Shown here one piece after another: positions 32,601-42,644 of a DNA stretch of 64,000 nt (positions are counted from its first letter, which is position 1; each line of letters opens with the position of its first letter). Source of the stretch: Barthelona sp. PCE (taxonomy: Eukaryota); contig JAUFOR010000008.1 in the NCBI GenBank assembly GCA_040285745.1, forward strand, positions 1,426,001 through 1,490,000. The letters run 5' to 3'. A program made the translations under genes and the position numbers. The notes beneath the pieces were generated by a model that was given only the letters and a program-made list of their open reading frames with translations, ran no database searches and was not told where the DNA came from.

Positions 32601-34835
32601 GAGTTTAACTGTTGATTGGAGATATAAAATTTGTTTTTTCTCAAAGAAAAATTCTTTCAGAACAAGACAGTAAGGTAAAATCTCAACATCTATTCCCTCG
32701 AGGATGGGTTGGGACCCATTCTTTCCTACAAAACAGGAATCCCAATACTCATTGGCTTGAGCCATCAGTTCAGGTTGGTTTTCGATAATCTCCTTCTTGA
32801 ACGATGAAACAAGCCCTTCCTGATCTGCATAATGCACTGAAAGCGGCCTTGCATACATATATGTGATGAGAGATATGAAGAAATCATCGCGATCAAGGAG
32901 CTGCCCAAATTCAAAGGTTTCGTTTTTTTTTGCCATAATTAGTTTCTTGAAATAAATGTCACCGAACGTGTAGCACATTGCGATATCGTCCTCACTGAAG
33001 CGATATGTGCTCTTCAATTGATCCATTGTGAGTGTAGGTCTTGCAAAAAAGAGAGGAATTATGAGCTCCTCTGGCCGATCATAAAGCACTTCGAATGCCG
33101 CAGCGTTCGTCAACGTGGCGTCTCGGAATGATGGCAACTGAAGAAGGAATTGTCTATACATAAGGGTGTAATCTTCAAAGAAAAAGAGTGATATCTGAGG
33201 AAGGAGCTGCTTAGTAATATTATCTGGAATGAGGACCTTCTGCAGCATCTGTATTACCATGATACACAGCTTAATATCGAAGCGAGCAAAAAAAGAATCT
33301 AGTAGCTGGAAAAAAAGCATAGATAGCTCTAATATTTCACTGTTATTGGTGAATATGCTTGTTAACAGATCAAAAAATAGTGAATTTACGGTGATATCTG
33401 CATCAAAAAAAATTTGTAAATTAAAGTGTTGATTCAAAAACATAACAAAGTTACGCACCAGAAGCAACCCAAAGTTCTCCACTTCGTGCACTGGGCACTC
33501 CAATAAGAGCTCAACTAATTGAGTAAGTGTTTCTAATGTGAGAGAAAAGCAGACGTTGTCGAACCAATAGGAGAAGATATCCTCAAGAACGGTGGTACGT
33601 CCACTCTCTAACAAGCAACGTACAATGTAATACATGCACGTGTTTGTCCTCTCGAAATCAAAACATGTTGTGAGCAGTTGGAAAATTAAAGGAAATATAT
33701 TTTTCTTGCAATTATAGGAAGAGAGAAGAGGTTTGTGCACTTCATCCTTCATCTCATCCGGCATTACCACACTTAGATCGCGGTGGGTAAAACGGATAGC
33801 AAGATTAACGAGTAGATATGAGAGAAACTCAATTTCACTTTCTTGATGAACTATTGTGATTGTTTCAACTAGTACAAAGGCCACACGGAGATATTGTGCA
33901 TAACTTAGCATGGTTACTAAGTTAAATACGTCAATCAGCTCTAATATTTTCAGGATGATTTTTGTTTCACGACTGAATGATAATTTTTGAAGCAAAAATT
34001 CAAAGAAAACGCTAGATATCTCCAGCATGTGTCGTGATTCATGATTCATAAGAAGAGAACAAGTCATTAAGAGGAGCTTATCGTTGTTAATCCTCGGAAT
34101 AATTTTTTCAAAAAAATCACTGTTGTAAACTACAGAGCTAATTAAACAGCGCAGAACCTCAATTGAGAGCATGTTTTCAAGATTCTTCTGCTCGGAATAG
34201 ACTAGGTATATTGACAAGCAAGCATCAAGATCAGGAGAGGTTATGAAGTAATCATAATTAACTTCTAAAAGCATACGAAGCACCTTGAATAGCTCGAGTA
34301 GAACGGTTGTGCGATTATGATTTTCATTAATAAGGGTTATTATATCGTTGAACCAATTCTTAAGTACAAATTCAGAAACTTTAGCATCGAAAACAACTCG
34401 ACCAAGCATATTGAGCACAGTTGTGAGGTCGAATAGGCGGAGCGATTGGAGATCTGTTGCTTCCAATAATAAAAACATCGTTGAAAATATTTTATCATCG
34501 ATGTGAAGTTTATGCTTTCTATAGCATACGAATAGAGTTCCCAATGACCTATATAACACACGAATGAGTGACGGGCGAAGAGGTGCGTCGAAGCTATCAA
34601 CGAGATCGTTGAGTTCAAACACGCAATTTTTAAAAATCCCCAATTCTTGTCGAGAAAAATCAAGGTTCATAATTTTCCGGCGGAACTTTGAGTATTTATC
34701 CATAATTTGTAGTAAAAAAGTAAAATTAACATCAAGATCAACTTTTTTAAGTCGGTCCACAGCAAAATGGTAGTTTTCGCGGTCAAGAAAACTCACAAGC
34801 CCCGAAATAAAGGTATCATCAATCTTTTCCTCCAT
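29628..34835 (-). CDS. Large alpha-solenoid (HEAT/ARM-like) protein of unknown identity
   Basis: 1735-aa Leu-rich helical ORF. Confidence 0.75.
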   Translation of the reverse strand: MEEKIDDTFISGLVSFLDRENYHFAVDRLKKVDLDVNFTFLLQIMDKYSKFRRKIMNLDFSRQELGIFKNCVFELNDLVDSFDAPLRPSLIRVLYRSLGTLFVCYRKHKLHIDDKIFSTMFLLLEATDLQSLRLFDLTTVLNMLGRVVFDAKVSEFVLKNWFNDIITLINENHNRTTVLLELFKVLRMLLEVNYDYFITSPDLDACLSIYLVYSEQKNLENMLSIEVLRCLISSVVYNSDFFEKIIPRINNDKLLLMTCSLLMNHESRHMLEISSVFFEFLLQKLSFSRETKIILKILELIDVFNLVTMLSYAQYLRVAFVLVETITIVHQESEIEFLSYLLVNLAIRFTHRDLSVVMPDEMKDEVHKPLLSSYNCKKNIFPLIFQLLTTCFDFERTNTCMYYIVRCLLESGRTTVLEDIFSYWFDNVCFSLTLETLTQLVELLLECPVHEVENFGLLLVRNFVMFLNQHFNLQIFFDADITVNSLFFDLLTSIFTNNSEILELSMLFFQLLDSFFARFDIKLCIMVIQMLQKVLIPDNITKQLLPQISLFFFEDYTLMYRQFLLQLPSFRDATLTNAAAFEVLYDRPEELIIPLFFARPTLTMDQLKSTYRFSEDDIAMCYTFGDIYFKKLIMAKKNETFEFGQLLDRDDFFISLITYMYARPLSVHYADQEGLVSSFKKEIIENQPELMAQANEYWDSCFVGKNGSQPILEGIDVEILPYCLVLKEFFFEKKQILYLQSTVKLVNILIQSDHVNRLFFLKLLLQLLQFFNFDYFANCMPDIIEAFNFVIGLNKDAYLVETAKSMLNHRLLIEIVDSITDSNWKQLSYFFIRYNYFSAHSRQLVLHLVHMAVPNSTNLNTFISQLVETGGAVDIRLVESCKVLAPNVYVQLAARCFHGITTSDDAIEFSHLLAVNDNLLPVRLLAFFSFFSAETSFYINVNSLLSNIEDEYIAMNENFIYVHFPTAYHNLLAIDIVYEKGSGPIHNSAPTMQARALLYGNSNIRSVAAHVRELFLATNRYLVIPETFGPRGMIKGKSLRDGIAGSALSPQILSPSERVALYSLRGDASSLVFGDGEIESLDTITLLILARALIETEGECLERCISEIGSRYGIDIYDTEFDFRLALFCSRSVELILERGVALLVIDHASHLSDVVFMDASVLAGEATPNTIDEHIMKGKFTLLTRDGPTLTMRPTVSINGINRLLSFLLDDNVRFSKDIGLRLFSMFIDSVNSGAAQKDVFTLSLGFRALGVLLSKFVKDGTDVELYDSVYRFMCDVGPQTNITAFYLMLHTMSSSGIVTDLNALEYLLTLMAIDERLLKKMWHIKSPVYGSAFLSLFHEVDMGGALLDEVNDDFIKEVLTRMTAPSTVLTYRAALRFNTVPSLHFTDEEFVNKILTAVQGKNASVQSLLPISPFDVDIIFEDVLISIIELVLVHMDKQKVTSAVFESFLLKIVRFLFHDNLSHDGKLKVASLILSQREKIVQGSFCTKLETYCLDIKPNKAILEFLESLLDARVEFGIEQMAEDHAELIFLWIVRFLPETKSMQVCSRALKYLHRLFTKFRFSKQSPHFWINIYSVAISHFSQLSYDCHYIISYSEFLFYLSLFVSNIIHSFRNIKKFRKIQQLDDLLIIFLKKKLGINEYERKFNFFVFWMLSVISLCILVTLVRSDDEITELVDEFKIVIQAVNLNLPSAMKILVTPLLRLLKHYDDGVLRDMCETNTFVMEALGYLAEQV

Positions 34836-34928
34836 AATTAGAAAAAATTTGAAGGAGAAGGAAAGATAACGTAAAACATATTTGTACCTCTTTCTTTGTA
34901 TTTTACAGGATTTTGCACGTTTTATGAT

Positions 34929-35633
34929 ATGAATGCACCACTGGCAGACGGCACGCTATTATCATCAAGCACACATACGCCAACTTTGCGCGATTATCGT
35001 GAGTTGGCAAGTTACTGTCATGCCCTAGCTGTACGATGCACAAATCTAGAGGTAGTATCGCGGGATATGCAGGAGATCATCAAAGATCAAAACAAACAAC
35101 TCCTTTCATTACAGAATTGGATTTCGAAGCTTCATTGTCAAGTTAATTTTTCCAATAGTGCCCCACCTATCATGACTAAGGTGGAGGGGCCGTCGGAGAC
35201 TGATGCGGTTCATCTACATGAAGAACTAACGGAAAAAGAACCTCATTTCTTGGAGCTTGAACGCGGCAACTACGAAGTTAATGAGAGCGATGATGTATTA
35301 TTGTCCGAGATGAACACCGCTGTAGATCCATTAGAAAATGAGAAACCAAAAAAATCACCTCTTAAGTCTGTTGACATTCCAATGTTTGAGGAGCAGTCAG
35401 ATATAGTCAGTCCAATCCAATCCCCACGCCAACCATTATCAGTCTTCCAGATAGACGATGATGCGGTTTGGTTACAACAGGATGAAAAGAGAAAAAAAAA
35501 TGAAGAGTTGATTGAACTGGATGACAGCGCTTTTTTCGAGACAATGTATGAGCCAGACACCATAGATGCCAAGTACCTTAAACAAATGGGAAGAGATACA
35601 CTGCTGGGAAAAGATAAGTTGCGGTGGCAGTAG
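34929..35633 (+). CDS. Hypothetical protein with N-terminal coiled coil
   Basis: About 234-aa ORF from the first ATG. Confidence 0.65.
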   Translation: MNAPLADGTLLSSSTHTPTLRDYRELASYCHALAVRCTNLEVVSRDMQEIIKDQNKQLLSLQNWISKLHCQVNFSNSAPPIMTKVEGPSETDAVHLHEELTEKEPHFLELERGNYEVNESDDVLLSEMNTAVDPLENEKPKKSPLKSVDIPMFEEQSDIVSPIQSPRQPLSVFQIDDDAVWLQQDEKRKKNEELIELDDSAFFETMYEPDTIDAKYLKQMGRDTLLGKDKLRWQ

Positions 35634-35763
35634 TAATAAAAATATCACAATTATAAAACATGTATCGCTGTGGTTTTGTAGACGGATGATGACTATTTGT
35701 TGTGTTTATACTGTAGATCAGAGATATTTCTACTTGTTTCACATTTCCCCTCTCTATCAGACA

Positions 35764-36603
35764 ATGAGCACGAAAAGGAGTCTGCTCTCGGAAGAAAAGG
35801 ATGCGACACCCAAGTCCAAGTCTAGATGGTCCATGTTGCGGTCAAAAGCTCTCGCAAACAATTTGGTTCAAGCTCAGTTATCACCTGGCGTTGAAACTGA
35901 GTCTTCTGGATACAAGAGTTCGGTCAAAGCAAACGTTTCTAAGCTGAGAAAACTTGCCAGCGGGGCAATATCCCCTGTTCAGAGTACAAATCCTCAAGGT
36001 GTCAGTAATGAGGCTAGTTATACGATTCCTTCGTACGATAGCGCATTTGGGGCAAGTGACGATGATATGTTAAGCGATAGTTTTGTTGAAAAGGACAAAT
36101 TTTCAGAGCAAATACAGAATATCCAGAATGAATTACAAAAGATCACCTCATCCTCATCAAACACGATCGAGGGACTCACAGAAACAGTCGAAGGAATACA
36201 AGCGCGTATTGTTGAGCACGAGGAGTTAGTGACTCATCAATTAGATCAAATACATGCTGAGAGACACACGATGGTTCGCCAAATGCAGGCCATACACGAG
36301 CAGGTGACTGCATTAGAGCGTATTTCGCATGATATGACACGGCGACTTGCTATTGTGTCTAATAGATCTCGTTTTTCGATTTCAGCTGTTTTTTGGTTGC
36401 TTTTAAGTTATTTTCTGGTAGGATTCGTCACAACAGTTGGAGTTTTAACGAAATTTTTCACTTTTATTTGGTTTTTTGTTAGTTTTGGGTTTTTAAGGAA
36501 TGAAAAACCCAAAGAACTAATATTAAATGCAGAACAACTGCTCTCCTTTGCTGATAAATCACGTTTCTTAACATTCACTGATGATGAAAAAGAAGTTGGC
36601 TAA
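35764..36603 (+). CDS. Coiled-coil protein with C-terminal membrane segment
   Basis: Ser-rich N-terminus, coiled coil, then a long hydrophobic stretch; the likely ATG is at 35764. Confidence 0.7.
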   Translation: MSTKRSLLSEEKDATPKSKSRWSMLRSKALANNLVQAQLSPGVETESSGYKSSVKANVSKLRKLASGAISPVQSTNPQGVSNEASYTIPSYDSAFGASDDDMLSDSFVEKDKFSEQIQNIQNELQKITSSSSNTIEGLTETVEGIQARIVEHEELVTHQLDQIHAERHTMVRQMQAIHEQVTALERISHDMTRRLAIVSNRSRFSISAVFWLLLSYFLVGFVTTVGVLTKFFTFIWFFVSFGFLRNEKPKELILNAEQLLSFADKSRFLTFTDDEKEVG

Positions 36604-36616
36604 TTTTTTTACTCTT

Positions 36617-38149
36617 TTATGAAAGCAACAAATCAACTACTTGCTGCACCTTCAACCTTCTCAGATCAGTTCTCTGCTGGCCAACACCAAGGAAAACAAT
36701 AGGAACCTTGGTCTCATGAACCATACTCAGTGCAGCACCGATTTTCTCATCGATAGTATCCACCTTTGTCAGTATAATACCATTAACACCGCGGACAGGT
36801 TGTGTCTTGCTCTTGAGGTACCCGTCAAATGACCTGAGTTGGTCGATACCATCGTTACCAACGAGAGCTTCACCAACAAAGAAGACAAAATCAGGATTGT
36901 TATACTGAACTAATCTGTAAAGACCATTCATCAGATCGCCATTGTCCTGCATACGACCAGCCGTGTCAACAAGAACAACCTCGATATCGTTGCTAGCGGC
37001 ATGCTGGAGGGCTAAACGGGTGACGTGTGATGGGTCTTTACCGTATCCGGCATCGAACATCTCCAGTCCAAGAGCGCGGCAGTGCTTGTTGAGCTGCTCG
37101 ATGGCACCAGAACGGAACGTGTCACAAGCAGCAACCATAACACTGACGTCGTTGAGAGAAAGCCAATATGCAATCTTCGCGAGTGTTGTGCTTTTTCCCA
37201 CACCGTTAACTCCACACATGACGATGGAAAGGACCCTGTTCTCCTGCCTAGCAAGGGTGACTTCCCTCATGATATCGATTTCTCGGCTTGGGGTCAGGAT
37301 TTTTGCTATCTCGCGGTTAAGGACATCCTTGATGGCTGTACGAATGCTCTCGAAGGAACCAACGCGAACGCCAATTAGCTCTGCTTTTACGTGTTCGATG
37401 ATCTCTGCAGCAACGGTGGCCGCAACGTTTCTCTCAATGAGAATGCCCTCAAATGTCGCAAGGGGCTCTTCTATCATGTCCTCTGTAAGAATACGGTTTG
37501 TGAGACGACTAAACAACGAGCGAAGTTTTCCCTTTTTCTTTTTGATGGAGACAACCATATCAGCATCAAGTTCAAATGTATCATTCTCATCCCGTAAGCT
37601 CTCAATATGCTCCTCAGACTTACTGTAGTCCAGGGAGGCGATGGGGTCAACTTTCGGCTTCTTTTCAACGGACTGCTCCTGCACCGGTTCGTCACGGTTG
37701 AAACGGTTAAAAAATTCATCATCATCCAGCTCATCAAAGATGTCCTCTTCCTCAGCCTTTGCGTTTTGCTGGCCGCTCTTTCTACCAACATTTAATGTAT
37801 TGACAAGGCTTCTGAATTTTTCATTAAATTCAGGGTGCTGTTCCTGCATCCATTCAACGGGGTCAGTGTAGCCCGCCATGAACTCGCGCATGAGGCGGTT
37901 AAGGAACTCATTGATGTTGGAAATAGTAACAAAGTGGTGGTACAAAACAGTAATGATGATGGATTGATGTTTCAACCACTTGACAATGTAGTTACCCTTC
38001 TTGACCGAGTCTGAGTTACTGTCGGCGTTCGTTCGCGTGCTCAGATCTTCAGTGAATAAGTTTAGTAAAGGATCGCCCTTTAGAGGCTGGAACTGGTGCT
38101 TCCACAGGACCACGCCTCCCGTATGGATAATTGACACATAGTCTAACAT
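36617..38149 (-). CDS. SRPRA: Signal recognition particle receptor subunit alpha
   Basis: N-terminal SRX/longin MLDYVSIIHTGGVVLW; GTPase motifs GVNGVGKSTT, DTFRSGA, DTAGR, TKVD, GVGQ. Confidence 0.97.
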   Translation of the reverse strand: MLDYVSIIHTGGVVLWKHQFQPLKGDPLLNLFTEDLSTRTNADSNSDSVKKGNYIVKWLKHQSIIITVLYHHFVTISNINEFLNRLMREFMAGYTDPVEWMQEQHPEFNEKFRSLVNTLNVGRKSGQQNAKAEEEDIFDELDDDEFFNRFNRDEPVQEQSVEKKPKVDPIASLDYSKSEEHIESLRDENDTFELDADMVVSIKKKKGKLRSLFSRLTNRILTEDMIEEPLATFEGILIERNVAATVAAEIIEHVKAELIGVRVGSFESIRTAIKDVLNREIAKILTPSREIDIMREVTLARQENRVLSIVMCGVNGVGKSTTLAKIAYWLSLNDVSVMVAACDTFRSGAIEQLNKHCRALGLEMFDAGYGKDPSHVTRLALQHAASNDIEVVLVDTAGRMQDNGDLMNGLYRLVQYNNPDFVFFVGEALVGNDGIDQLRSFDGYLKSKTQPVRGVNGIILTKVDTIDEKIGAALSMVHETKVPIVFLGVGQQRTDLRRLKVQQVVDLLLS

Positions 38150-38340
38150 AGTTTGATAGGTGTAAGGGGAAGAATTGTGTAATATAGATCAGTGATGGAA
38201 CTTCACGACAGTCAAATTTAGCACCCTGCAACATCGCAATATACCGTGGTGAGTAAAATAGAACCAATAGCTCATTCGATATTGGGTTTATAGAGGTGTT
38301 TTGCACATTCTTTCTTTTATCATTAATATTTCATATAATT

Positions 38341-40554
38341 ATGGGTTTATTTTCGCGATTTAGGACCAAGAAAGAAGATAAGGCACTGTTCGAGCTGTAT
38401 ATATTCAAAAACAAAGCTTTTACGCAGTTCTTTCCAGTTTGTGAATTTGCATATGAAGCTGAGGGCGCACAGCTGCACTGTGTGATCACTCGCGTATATG
38501 AGGAAGAAGATCTCGTTATGGCTCAGGAGGCAGATCTTGAATTTCCAACCATCGTTGAGGGATTTGTCAGTACGTTTGATGAGGTTGAGGAGGCCGAAGT
38601 GGGTTCGTGCATTGGGTTCATGTTGAAGGGAACATACTATGCACTTATTCCAACGAACAAACCGCTCTCCATTGTAGTCACCAGCCTGCAGCGTGCTCTG
38701 TTCGAGGCAGAGTACCGTGCGGAACCCGAGGACACAGAGGAGGACAGGGAGCTCATGGCAGACCTTGTGAGCAAGATCAAGACTCCAGCCCTGCGAACAG
38801 TGATGCGCCCAGTGTCAAAGAAACCTGTTAAGCATGCAACGACAGGTATAGACACGCCGCACATGCAGCGCAAGATCCGAATTGATGAGAAGGTGGAAGA
38901 ACCGGAAGTCGAGAAGGAAGAATTTGTGATCGTGGACACTCCTGAGGAAGAAACACGTCAGATGATTAGGGAACTCGTCGAGCTCCCCAGAGGCATCGCG
39001 GGCGATGTTCTTGGCGACGTGCGGTGCCATGTATTTGCAGTTGACGACGAGCAGATGTTTTATCCTTACGCTACCAACGCAACCGTTGTTTTTACTGAAG
39101 ATCATTTTTACGTCAAAGAAGGAGGTCACACACTCACGCACTCAGTCATCAACACGACCAAGAACCGCGCCGCTTACATACCCGAGCGCCTCACGGTTAT
39201 CATGTTTTTGGAGAGTAGCCCCAGCGTTTTTGTACTGATGGCTTTTCTCTTCGAATCTCTCATCGACTATAGTAGTTTCACCGACTTTATTGTTGGCAAC
39301 GTTGAGCACGCAGACGACGCATGGGTGAAGAAGGGACTTATGGGAGAGTTTGATGATGAGTATCTCCAAGACGTGGCTCATGAGTTTTCCGACTTTGATG
39401 CGTTTGATTTTGAAGACGAGGAAGACGATGAAGCCGAGATGCGCAGGGAGATGTTCCGCACGAATGTGGCTGCAGCAAGAGAGGCGGAGGGAAAGCCGGA
39501 GCATGGAAACACTGCACTCACATCCTGTCTCACTTCACCCACGAATTACGTGTTTAGAGATGGCCAGCTTGGGAGGTTCAAGGTGGGACACGAGGGTATA
39601 GCTTCCGAAACAGTCCTTGATCTCGGGGGATACTTTGAAGATGGTGAAGTAGCCAAGCATACACTGTTACAAAATGCCGAGCATGATATCCTTGTTGTCA
39701 AAGACACGCTGACTGATCGAATTGGGCGCCTGAATCTGGAAGTCGGTGAGGTCGTCGACGTATATGAGACAGAGGGCCGTAAGGTTAAGCAAATATTCCC
39801 AATGAACAAGTTCGCACAGCGCGAGGCCACTTCAATTTTTGCTGGTGTCTCGCACAACTCCGTGTTTGTGATGGACGATCGTGTGGATTCTCGTAGCAAG
39901 GTCGTGCAGGAGATGACCAAGGATTATAAAACTAAGGGCATTGGTTTCGCTTGCGCTGCCACGACTGTTGGCGGTGGTATAGTTGTTGGTTCTCGGACTG
40001 GTGAGATTCGCATGTTCAGTAAGTTCGGCCAGATGGCCAAAACACTGCTGCCGGGACTCGGTGACGCAATTACCCACATTGACGTCACACCGAATGGGAA
40101 CTACGTGCTGGCGACGACCAATACATATCTGCTTATTATCGACACGCGTTTCGAGCACACTACTCGAGGCGGAAAAACTTCAGTTAAGACTGGTTTCGCA
40201 GCACGAATGGGAGACGCTAAGCCTGTGCCAATCAAATTACAGCTTACAATACCGGATATGCAAGCGCTTGAATGTCAGGTGCACTTCACACCAGCTAGGT
40301 TTGATACAAGTGATGCTGCAAGTGGGACACGTATATTGACCAGTACTGGAGAGTTTTTGCTTGTTTGGAATCTGAAGGATGTTCTCAATCCTATGCGAAA
40401 AGGGCTTCTACGCAGCAACACACGTGACTACGTTGTTCGTAAGATGGCAGAGCAGGTTGTTGATGGAAGTTTCGTGTATAATCAGCCTGATAAGGTTGTT
40501 TCTATCTCAAATAACAGCATTGAACTCAGCAAAATGCATGTTAGGCCGCGTTAG
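38341..40554 (+). CDS. VID27: VID27/CYPRO4 family protein
   Basis: AKTLLPGLGDAITHIDVTPNGNYVLATTNTYLLIIDT and FTPARFD are characteristic of the VID27 C-terminal propeller. Confidence 0.9.
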   Translation: MGLFSRFRTKKEDKALFELYIFKNKAFTQFFPVCEFAYEAEGAQLHCVITRVYEEEDLVMAQEADLEFPTIVEGFVSTFDEVEEAEVGSCIGFMLKGTYYALIPTNKPLSIVVTSLQRALFEAEYRAEPEDTEEDRELMADLVSKIKTPALRTVMRPVSKKPVKHATTGIDTPHMQRKIRIDEKVEEPEVEKEEFVIVDTPEEETRQMIRELVELPRGIAGDVLGDVRCHVFAVDDEQMFYPYATNATVVFTEDHFYVKEGGHTLTHSVINTTKNRAAYIPERLTVIMFLESSPSVFVLMAFLFESLIDYSSFTDFIVGNVEHADDAWVKKGLMGEFDDEYLQDVAHEFSDFDAFDFEDEEDDEAEMRREMFRTNVAAAREAEGKPEHGNTALTSCLTSPTNYVFRDGQLGRFKVGHEGIASETVLDLGGYFEDGEVAKHTLLQNAEHDILVVKDTLTDRIGRLNLEVGEVVDVYETEGRKVKQIFPMNKFAQREATSIFAGVSHNSVFVMDDRVDSRSKVVQEMTKDYKTKGIGFACAATTVGGGIVVGSRTGEIRMFSKFGQMAKTLLPGLGDAITHIDVTPNGNYVLATTNTYLLIIDTRFEHTTRGGKTSVKTGFAARMGDAKPVPIKLQLTIPDMQALECQVHFTPARFDTSDAASGTRILTSTGEFLLVWNLKDVLNPMRKGLLRSNTRDYVVRKMAEQVVDGSFVYNQPDKVVSISNNSIELSKMHVRPR

Positions 40555-40637
40555 ATGGTTTTTGTGAATAAAAATCTGGTTGTTTTTAGTTGAAGGTGCA
40601 TACTCAAGTTTCCCCTACCGCATTTTTTTTTTATACA

Positions 40638-42233
40638 ATGCCAGGTTTTACAAGGGCACTTACAACAACTCCAACGATCACGTTTGAGGAGGGTTCAGAA
40701 GGGGTTATTAGCCTAAGTTTCAATGAGTTAGAAGGTATTTCTCATCTGGACATGGGACCTGTAATTCAGCGCATGAAGAAGGCAGGATTTACGAGTCTTA
40801 TTGTTGAGATTCCATACATAAAGTTACTCAACGAGGATTTTGAAGCATATTTGTTGAATGCTTTTGGTTTTCTTCGTGAATCAATTCATATCATTGTTAA
40901 GCTATCGTTTGACGACATGCCTGATGATTTCGAGCACCAGCGCACAAGTTTCCATAAAAATGAAAAATTTTTGCAGTCGCTTGTTACTTTGTTTACTGCA
41001 TTTTCCCAACATAAGATTGATTTCTTCGATATCTCCGCGCTTCCCACAGACGATATGCTCTCTTTTGCTCGTGAACGATCAGAAACTTTCATATTGGGAA
41101 CTCTTCCAACTAATTACGTCCGTTTGCCTAACGACGAGGATCACCTGTGCACATCCGTCAAATACAAGACAAGAAGACTTATGGCGCGTAATGTACGCTA
41201 TCAATTGAGCAGAATAATGCAAACTAGATTGATCCCGTTGGTGAATATTGGCAACGACTTTGATTTGGTGATCTCAGCGTGTTGTGGGTTGGGATTGCCG
41301 TTCTCCGTTCCATTGGAGGCGTTTATCACACCCTCTCTGAAGCTGAGAAGCGAGAGGAAAAACACAATAGCCTTGCTACGTGATTTGGAACCTGCATCGC
41401 TTTATTTCGTCCACGCACAGCAGGTTGTTGACGAGGGAGGCATCCCTCGTAGCTTCAGACTTGCTTATGAGGACGTTCACACGAGTGTGCTCAAGGCACA
41501 GATCCCAAGTGCTGTATCTCCGCTCATGGAGTTTGTTCCAGGGTCCACAGGCCAGATTCCATGCCTCGTGGCATGTATGGACAGAGATCCACCGGTGGAA
41601 CTGAAGGACCAGAACATTGAGAAGCTCAAGATTTTGTTCAGGCATGGGCGTGTGTTACGCAACTCGTCGAGCGTTATCACATGCGTAACGTCCCAGGAGG
41701 GGCTGTCTATTTCGTATGTGGAGCAGCTGCGTTCGTCCATTATGAACCGTATAGCGCAGTGTGGAGCTGTCGGTCAGTTGCTGGCTATCTCAGACGATGA
41801 GCGCATTTACGTACACATTGCGTGCTTCCATGATATTGATGCTGCTGGTGCGATGTCGCTCTTATCCAGTGCGTTTTCGCAGGGTCATTTGCCTGTTCCC
41901 AGGTTACAAGAGCATCAGCTGCGCTGGGGATTGCTGAGGGACCCGGTGGGAACCCTTATACACGCGTTATTGAAGGATCAAGCAACAAAAATTGTTGAAA
42001 GAGATAACCTGGATCGAGATCCCACTGAAGAGGAAAATAAGGCTATAGAGAGGCTGGAAACCATGGTAAAGGACACAAAGGAGAAGTACCAGGTAGAGAA
42101 GGCGCTTGTAACCCCAAAGAACAGGATGATTAAGACGTATTGGATTCGTTTGCAGATAATTTTCTTGGTTATTCTAATTCTGGTTATCATTAAGATCGTC
42201 ATTAAGGATATTGCCCTTAAAAAGATAAAGTAA
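40638..42233 (+). CDS. Hypothetical tail-anchored protein, possibly with a degenerate TIM-barrel N-terminus
   Basis: About 531 aa; C-terminal TM IIFLVILILVIIKIVI followed by basic residues. Confidence 0.7.
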   Translation: MPGFTRALTTTPTITFEEGSEGVISLSFNELEGISHLDMGPVIQRMKKAGFTSLIVEIPYIKLLNEDFEAYLLNAFGFLRESIHIIVKLSFDDMPDDFEHQRTSFHKNEKFLQSLVTLFTAFSQHKIDFFDISALPTDDMLSFARERSETFILGTLPTNYVRLPNDEDHLCTSVKYKTRRLMARNVRYQLSRIMQTRLIPLVNIGNDFDLVISACCGLGLPFSVPLEAFITPSLKLRSERKNTIALLRDLEPASLYFVHAQQVVDEGGIPRSFRLAYEDVHTSVLKAQIPSAVSPLMEFVPGSTGQIPCLVACMDRDPPVELKDQNIEKLKILFRHGRVLRNSSSVITCVTSQEGLSISYVEQLRSSIMNRIAQCGAVGQLLAISDDERIYVHIACFHDIDAAGAMSLLSSAFSQGHLPVPRLQEHQLRWGLLRDPVGTLIHALLKDQATKIVERDNLDRDPTEEENKAIERLETMVKDTKEKYQVEKALVTPKNRMIKTYWIRLQIIFLVILILVIIKIVIKDIALKKIK

Positions 42234-42284
42234 ACAATGCGTTTTTTGAATTTCGTCTCTTTCTCATTATCGGGGTTGATTGAT

Positions 42285-42623
42285 ATGTCAGAGACGTCCA
42301 GATTTTGGAACATGTCGGACAAGCGACTACTTGATTCGACTACAGTATACGTAGGTAATATTTCTCAATATTGTACCGAGGATCAGCTTTATATGATGTT
42401 TTCATCGGTAGGGAGGGTGAACCAGGTCATAATTGGCCGTTTCAAGAACACAGGACATTCTGCAGGCTTTGGTTTTGTAATATTTGAGAATCATGAGTCC
42501 TGTCTCAGAGCATGTCGTTATTTCAACAATTGCAGACATATTGATAAACGTATCATAGTTGATATGGATGTTGGATATTCAGAGGGTCGTGAGATAAAAG
42601 TTGTGCGTCGAAAAATGATGTAA
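42285..42623 (+). CDS. NCBP2: Nuclear cap-binding protein subunit 2 (CBP20), divergent
   Basis: STTVYVGNISQYCTEDQLY, GFGFVIF and DMDVGYSEGR match the CBP20 RRM. The start codon is uncertain (42237, 42285 or 42312). Confidence 0.8.
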   Translation: MSETSRFWNMSDKRLLDSTTVYVGNISQYCTEDQLYMMFSSVGRVNQVIIGRFKNTGHSAGFGFVIFENHESCLRACRYFNNCRHIDKRIIVDMDVGYSEGREIKVVRRKMM

Positions 42624-42644
42624 TCAATACATACAAGATATTTT

